40,088 nucleotides of DNA from Candidatus Eiseniibacteriota bacterium. GTDB taxonomy: Bacteria > Eisenbacteria > RBG-16-71-46. The notes under the pieces are model-generated. The model searched no databases. It was not told the DNA's origin and saw nothing but the letters and a program-made list of their open reading frames with translations. Within the stretch, counting starts at the first letter, position 1. Each line of letters begins with the position of its first letter. The position numbers and the translations under genes are program-made. Shown here piece by piece: positions 37,077-40,088 of this stretch. Where the stretch lies: the NCBI GenBank assembly GCA_044222365.1, contig JBGANH010000002.1, positions 1 through 40,088 of the forward strand, written 5' to 3'.

Positions 37077-37751
37077 TCAGTGCGGATCGAGCACGGGGGG
37101 ATAGGCGATGCGCCAGCCCAGAACGACGCGCATCTCGTCGGTGTTCGCGCTCTGCCGGTAAACGCCTCTCAACGCGTCGGTGAGACCGCGTGTGTAGCGC
37201 GCCTCGAGCGTCGCACAACGTTCCGGCGGACCGAACTCCAGTCCGACGCCGGCCGTCGCACCCGCTTCGAGCGGAGCGAAGTCGTTCGGCTTGCCGGCGT
37301 AGCTGTTGTTGTCGCTGCCGTGCAGCCGCGCCTTCTCGAGCACCTTCCAGCCGAGGTACGGGCCGGCGACCAGCACCGGGCGCACGTGGCCGTGGCCGAG
37401 CGAGAAGCGGGCGAGGACCGGCAGCTCGAGGTAGTCTAGCGCGTAGAGCTGGTCGAACGTGCCGGAGTACGGCACGCCGTCGTAGATCGGGTTGGTGATT
37501 TCGCCGAACGACGCGCCCTTCGCGGCGTAGTTCAGCTCCGTTTGCAGCGAGAACGACGACGAGAACGGCACGTGGACGGCCATGCCGATCACGAAGCCGT
37601 ACTTCGAGTCGGTCGCCACGTCACCCGCGAGCTTCGCCTGATTGGCGCCTCCGCGCGTTTCGACATACAGCTGGCGCTCGGCGTGTGCGTTCGCCGCGCC
37701 CAGGAAGAGCGTGACGAGCGCCGCGGCCAGCGCGAGACGACTGCGAGCCAT
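37077..37751 (-). CDS. outer-membrane beta-barrel protein (small porin-family barrel), paralog-like to 9352-10005
   Basis: ATG 37751 lies 6 nt after GGAGG. Signal peptide MARSRLALAAALVTLFLGAANAHA. The LDYLELPVLARF strand resembles LDYVEVPLLLRL of the other barrel. Confidence 0.8.
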   Translation of the reverse strand: MARSRLALAAALVTLFLGAANAHAERQLYVETRGGANQAKLAGDVATDSKYGFVIGMAVHVPFSSSFSLQTELNYAAKGASFGEITNPIYDGVPYSGTFDQLYALDYLELPVLARFSLGHGHVRPVLVAGPYLGWKVLEKARLHGSDNNSYAGKPNDFAPLEAGATAGVGLEFGPPERCATLEARYTRGLTDALRGVYRQSANTDEMRVVLGWRIAYPPVLDPH

Positions 37752-37841
37752 GAGCCACCTCCGGATCCCGGGAGGTCATCTCCCGGCCCGGGCTTTATCG
37801 GCCCCCGCCGCGGGGAACTTCAGCGCGGCGGCCGGCTCCGG

Positions 37842-39488
37842 TCAGCGGTGGACGCCCGCCGCTTCGCTGCCGGTGCGCTCCACGAACTCGGCGTACGTGC
37901 CGCCGTACTCGAACGGCGGCTGCGCCGGCTCGTCCGTGCCGTCGCCCGGCCGCAGTTCGAGCACGCGGTTCGAGAGGCCGCGCAGGAACGTGCGGTCGTG
38001 GCTCACGAAGAGCATCGTCCCCTCGAAGTCCTTCAGCGCCGAGACGAGCATCTCCTTGGTCTCGAGGTCGAGATGGTTCGTCGGCTCGTCGAGCACGAGG
38101 AAGTTCGGCGGATCGAACAGCATGCGCGCGAGCACGAGCCGGCTGCGCTCGCCGCCCGAGAGCACGCGGATCGGCTTGTCGACGTCGCTGCCGGAGAACT
38201 GGAACGCGCCGAGCAGGTTCCGCAGCACGCCCTGGTTCTCGAGCGCGAAGTCCTTCTGGATCTGCTCGAACACGCTGAGCCCGGGATCGAGCAGCTCGAG
38301 CGACTGCTGCGCGAAGTAGCCGAGCTTCACGTTGGCGCCGAGCCGCACGCCGCCGGCGTCGGGCTCGAGCGCGCCGGCCACGAGCTTGAGCAGCGTCGAC
38401 TTGCCCGCGCCGTTGCGGCCCATCACGCACCAGCGCTCGCGGCGGCGGATGCGGAAGTCGAAGCCGTCGTAGATCGCGCGCGCGCCGTACGCCTTGCTCA
38501 CGCCCTCGAGCGTGGCGACGTCCTCGCCCGAACGCGCCGGATCGCGGAAGCGGAACTCGACGACCTTGCGCCGGCGCGGCAGCTCGACCATCTCGATCTT
38601 CTCGAGCTTCTTCACGCGGCTCTGCACCTGCGCCGCCTTGGCCGCGTGCGCGGCGAAGCGCTCGATGAAGCGCCGCTCCTTCGCGAGCATCGCCTGCTGG
38701 CGCGCGTACGCGGCCTCGCGGTTCGCCTCGGCGATCGCGCGCTCGCGGACGTAGTAGTCGTAGTTGCCCGTGTACTCGGTGAACTCGCCGCCGTCGATCT
38801 CGATCACGTGGTCGACGACGCGGTTCATGAAGTCCTTGTCGTGGCAGGTCATCAGGACCGCGCCGGCGTAGTCGCGGATGAACTTCTCCAGCCACAGGAT
38901 CGATTCGATGTCGAGGTGGTTGGTCGGCTCGTCCATCAGCAGCACGTCCGGCCGCCCGAGCAGGATGCGCGCGAGGCCGACGCGCATCTTCCAGCCGCCC
39001 GAGAGCGCGCCGACGTCGCCGTCGACCTGCGGCGCCTCGAAGCCGAGCGCGTGCAGGATCTCGCGGGCGCGCGCCTCGAGGTCGTAGCCGCCGCCGCGCA
39101 TGTACTCGTCCTGCACGTGACCGAAGCGATCGAGGATCGCCTCCATCTCGTCGGCGCGTTCGGGATCGGCGAGCGCGTGCTCGAGGTCCTTGAGCTCGTG
39201 GTGCAGTTCGCCGAGGTTGCCGCTGCCGGCGATCGCCTCGTCGAGCACCGACCGGCCCGACATCTCGCCGATGTCCTGCCGGTAGTAGCCGATCGAGATG
39301 CGCTTGGGCACGGTGACGTCGCCCTCGTCCGGCGACTCCTCGCCGACGATGAGGCGGAACACCGTGGTCTTGCCGGCGCCGTTCGGGCCGACGAGCCCGA
39401 CCTTCTCGCCCGGGTTGAGCTGGAAGCCGGTCTCGACGAACAGGATCTGCGAGCCGTACTGCTTCGAGACGTTGTTGAAGACGATCAC
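37842..39488 (-). CDS. ABC-F family ATPase (two ABC domains, no TM domain)
   Basis: GTG 39488 overlaps the glnS stop (GTGA). Two Walker A sites ([18 protein letters not shown]), two signatures ([16 protein letters not shown]), two Walker B sites ([22 protein letters not shown]) and an inter-domain linker. Confidence 0.92.
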   Translation of the reverse strand: MIVFNNVSKQYGSQILFVETGFQLNPGEKVGLVGPNGAGKTTVFRLIVGEESPDEGDVTVPKRISIGYYRQDIGEMSGRSVLDEAIAGSGNLGELHHELKDLEHALADPERADEMEAILDRFGHVQDEYMRGGGYDLEARAREILHALGFEAPQVDGDVGALSGGWKMRVGLARILLGRPDVLLMDEPTNHLDIESILWLEKFIRDYAGAVLMTCHDKDFMNRVVDHVIEIDGGEFTEYTGNYDYYVRERAIAEANREAAYARQQAMLAKERRFIERFAAHAAKAAQVQSRVKKLEKIEMVELPRRRKVVEFRFRDPARSGEDVATLEGVSKAYGARAIYDGFDFRIRRRERWCVMGRNGAGKSTLLKLVAGALEPDAGGVRLGANVKLGYFAQQSLELLDPGLSVFEQIQKDFALENQGVLRNLLGAFQFSGSDVDKPIRVLSGGERSRLVLARMLFDPPNFLVLDEPTNHLDLETKEMLVSALKDFEGTMLFVSHDRTFLRGLSNRVLELRPGDGTDEPAQPPFEYGGTYAEFVERTGSEAAGVHR

Positions 39489-40088
39489 TTGCCGCCCTGC
39501 TTCTTCTCGATGCGCGCCCAGGCGTCCTTGAGCGTCACGGTGCGGTTGAAGACGGGCGCACCGGGCTTCGAGTCCCGCGCGTCCGCCACGAAGTAACCCA
39601 CGCGCTCGAACTGCACGGGCGCGCCGGGCGTGGCGTCGCCGAGCACCGGCTCGACCTTGCAGCCCGTGAGCGTCGTGAGCGAGGCGGGGTTGAGGATCGT
39701 CGTGAAGTCCGCGCCTTCGGCCGCGGTCTCGGGATCCTCGGCGGCGAAGAGCGTCTCGTAGAGGCGCACCTCGGCGTCCACGGCGTGCTTCGCGGACACC
39801 CAGTGAATGGTCGCCTTCACCTTGCGGCCGTCGGGCGCGTTGCTGCTGCGCGTCTCCGGATCGTAGGTCGCGCGCACTTCGGTCACCTCGCCGGCCTCGT
39901 TCTTCACGACGCCCGTGCAGCGGATGAAGTAGGCGCCGCGCAGGCGCACCTCGGTGCCGGGCGAGAGCCGGAAGTACTTGGGCGGCGGGACCTCGCGGAA
40001 GTCCTCTTCCTCGATCCACAGCTCGCGCGAGACCGCCACCTGACGGGTGCCGGCCGCGGGGTCCTCGGGATTGTTGCCGAGTTCGAAG
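39485..40088 (-). CDS. glnS: glutamine--tRNA ligase, C-terminal anticodon-binding part (5' end outside window)
   Basis: Collinear with E. coli GlnRS C-terminal motifs: [51 protein letters not shown]. The frame stays open to the window end. Confidence 0.9.
   Translation of the reverse strand, partial: FELGNNPEDPAAGTRQVAVSRELWIEEEDFREVPPPKYFRLSPGTEVRLRGAYFIRCTGVVKNEAGEVTEVRATYDPETRSSNAPDGRKVKATIHWVSAKHAVDAEVRLYETLFAAEDPETAAEGADFTTILNPASLTTLTGCKVEPVLGDATPGAPVQFERVGYFVADARDSKPGAPVFNRTVTLKDAWARIEKKQGGK

Overview
This is a high-GC (about 70% by eye, not computed) chromosomal segment from a diderm bacterium. It has many signal peptides, lipoboxes and outer-membrane beta-barrels. Shine-Dalgarno sites read GGAGG, GTG/TTG starts are frequent, and many genes have 4-nt start/stop overlaps. 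I support 33 protein-coding loci (two truncated by the window ends, one interrupted by an in-frame stop) and several GC-rich terminator hairpins. I found no rRNA, tRNA, CRISPR array, transposase or integrase. All family names come from motifs read by eye; no homology search was run.

Gene content, left to right:
- ABC exporter pair and an EEP-family phosphodiesterase
- a 1168-aa secreted cytochrome c with 46 CXXCH sites
- an operon of BchI/ChlI-like AAA+ ATPase, SAM methyltransferase, vWA protein, OM beta-barrel, stand-alone CZB zinc-sensor domain and aminotransferase
- an NCS1 permease / DCC thiol oxidoreductase / SnoaL-like operon
- M23 peptidase, BNR/sortilin-like protein, Old Yellow Enzyme and penicillin-acylase-family Ntn hydrolase
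- a reductive pyrimidine catabolism operon (dihydropyrimidinase, PreT, PreA)
- S9 peptidase and a small secreted hypothetical protein
- a degenerate UshA-like pseudo-phosphatase, divergent from a TlpA / DUF4266 / DUF3570 / ApbE operon
- an envelope cluster (secreted beta-rich protein, lipoprotein, coiled-coil membrane protein) and a second OM beta-barrel
- an ABC-F ATPase and the 3' end of glnS

Most interesting candidates:
1. The 46-heme cytochrome, built from 12 tandem triheme c7-like modules.
2. The thioredoxin / CXC-lipoprotein / OM-barrel / flavin-transferase operon. Its DUF3570 barrel carries an ApbE-type flavinylation motif (DAMSGAS) and is also broken by an in-frame TGA.
3. A roughly 360-bp gene-free region between convergent genes, containing three hairpins that all present the same loop sequence TCGTCCTGG (candidate structured RNA).
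4. A perfect 57-bp in-frame tandem duplication in the EEP gene.
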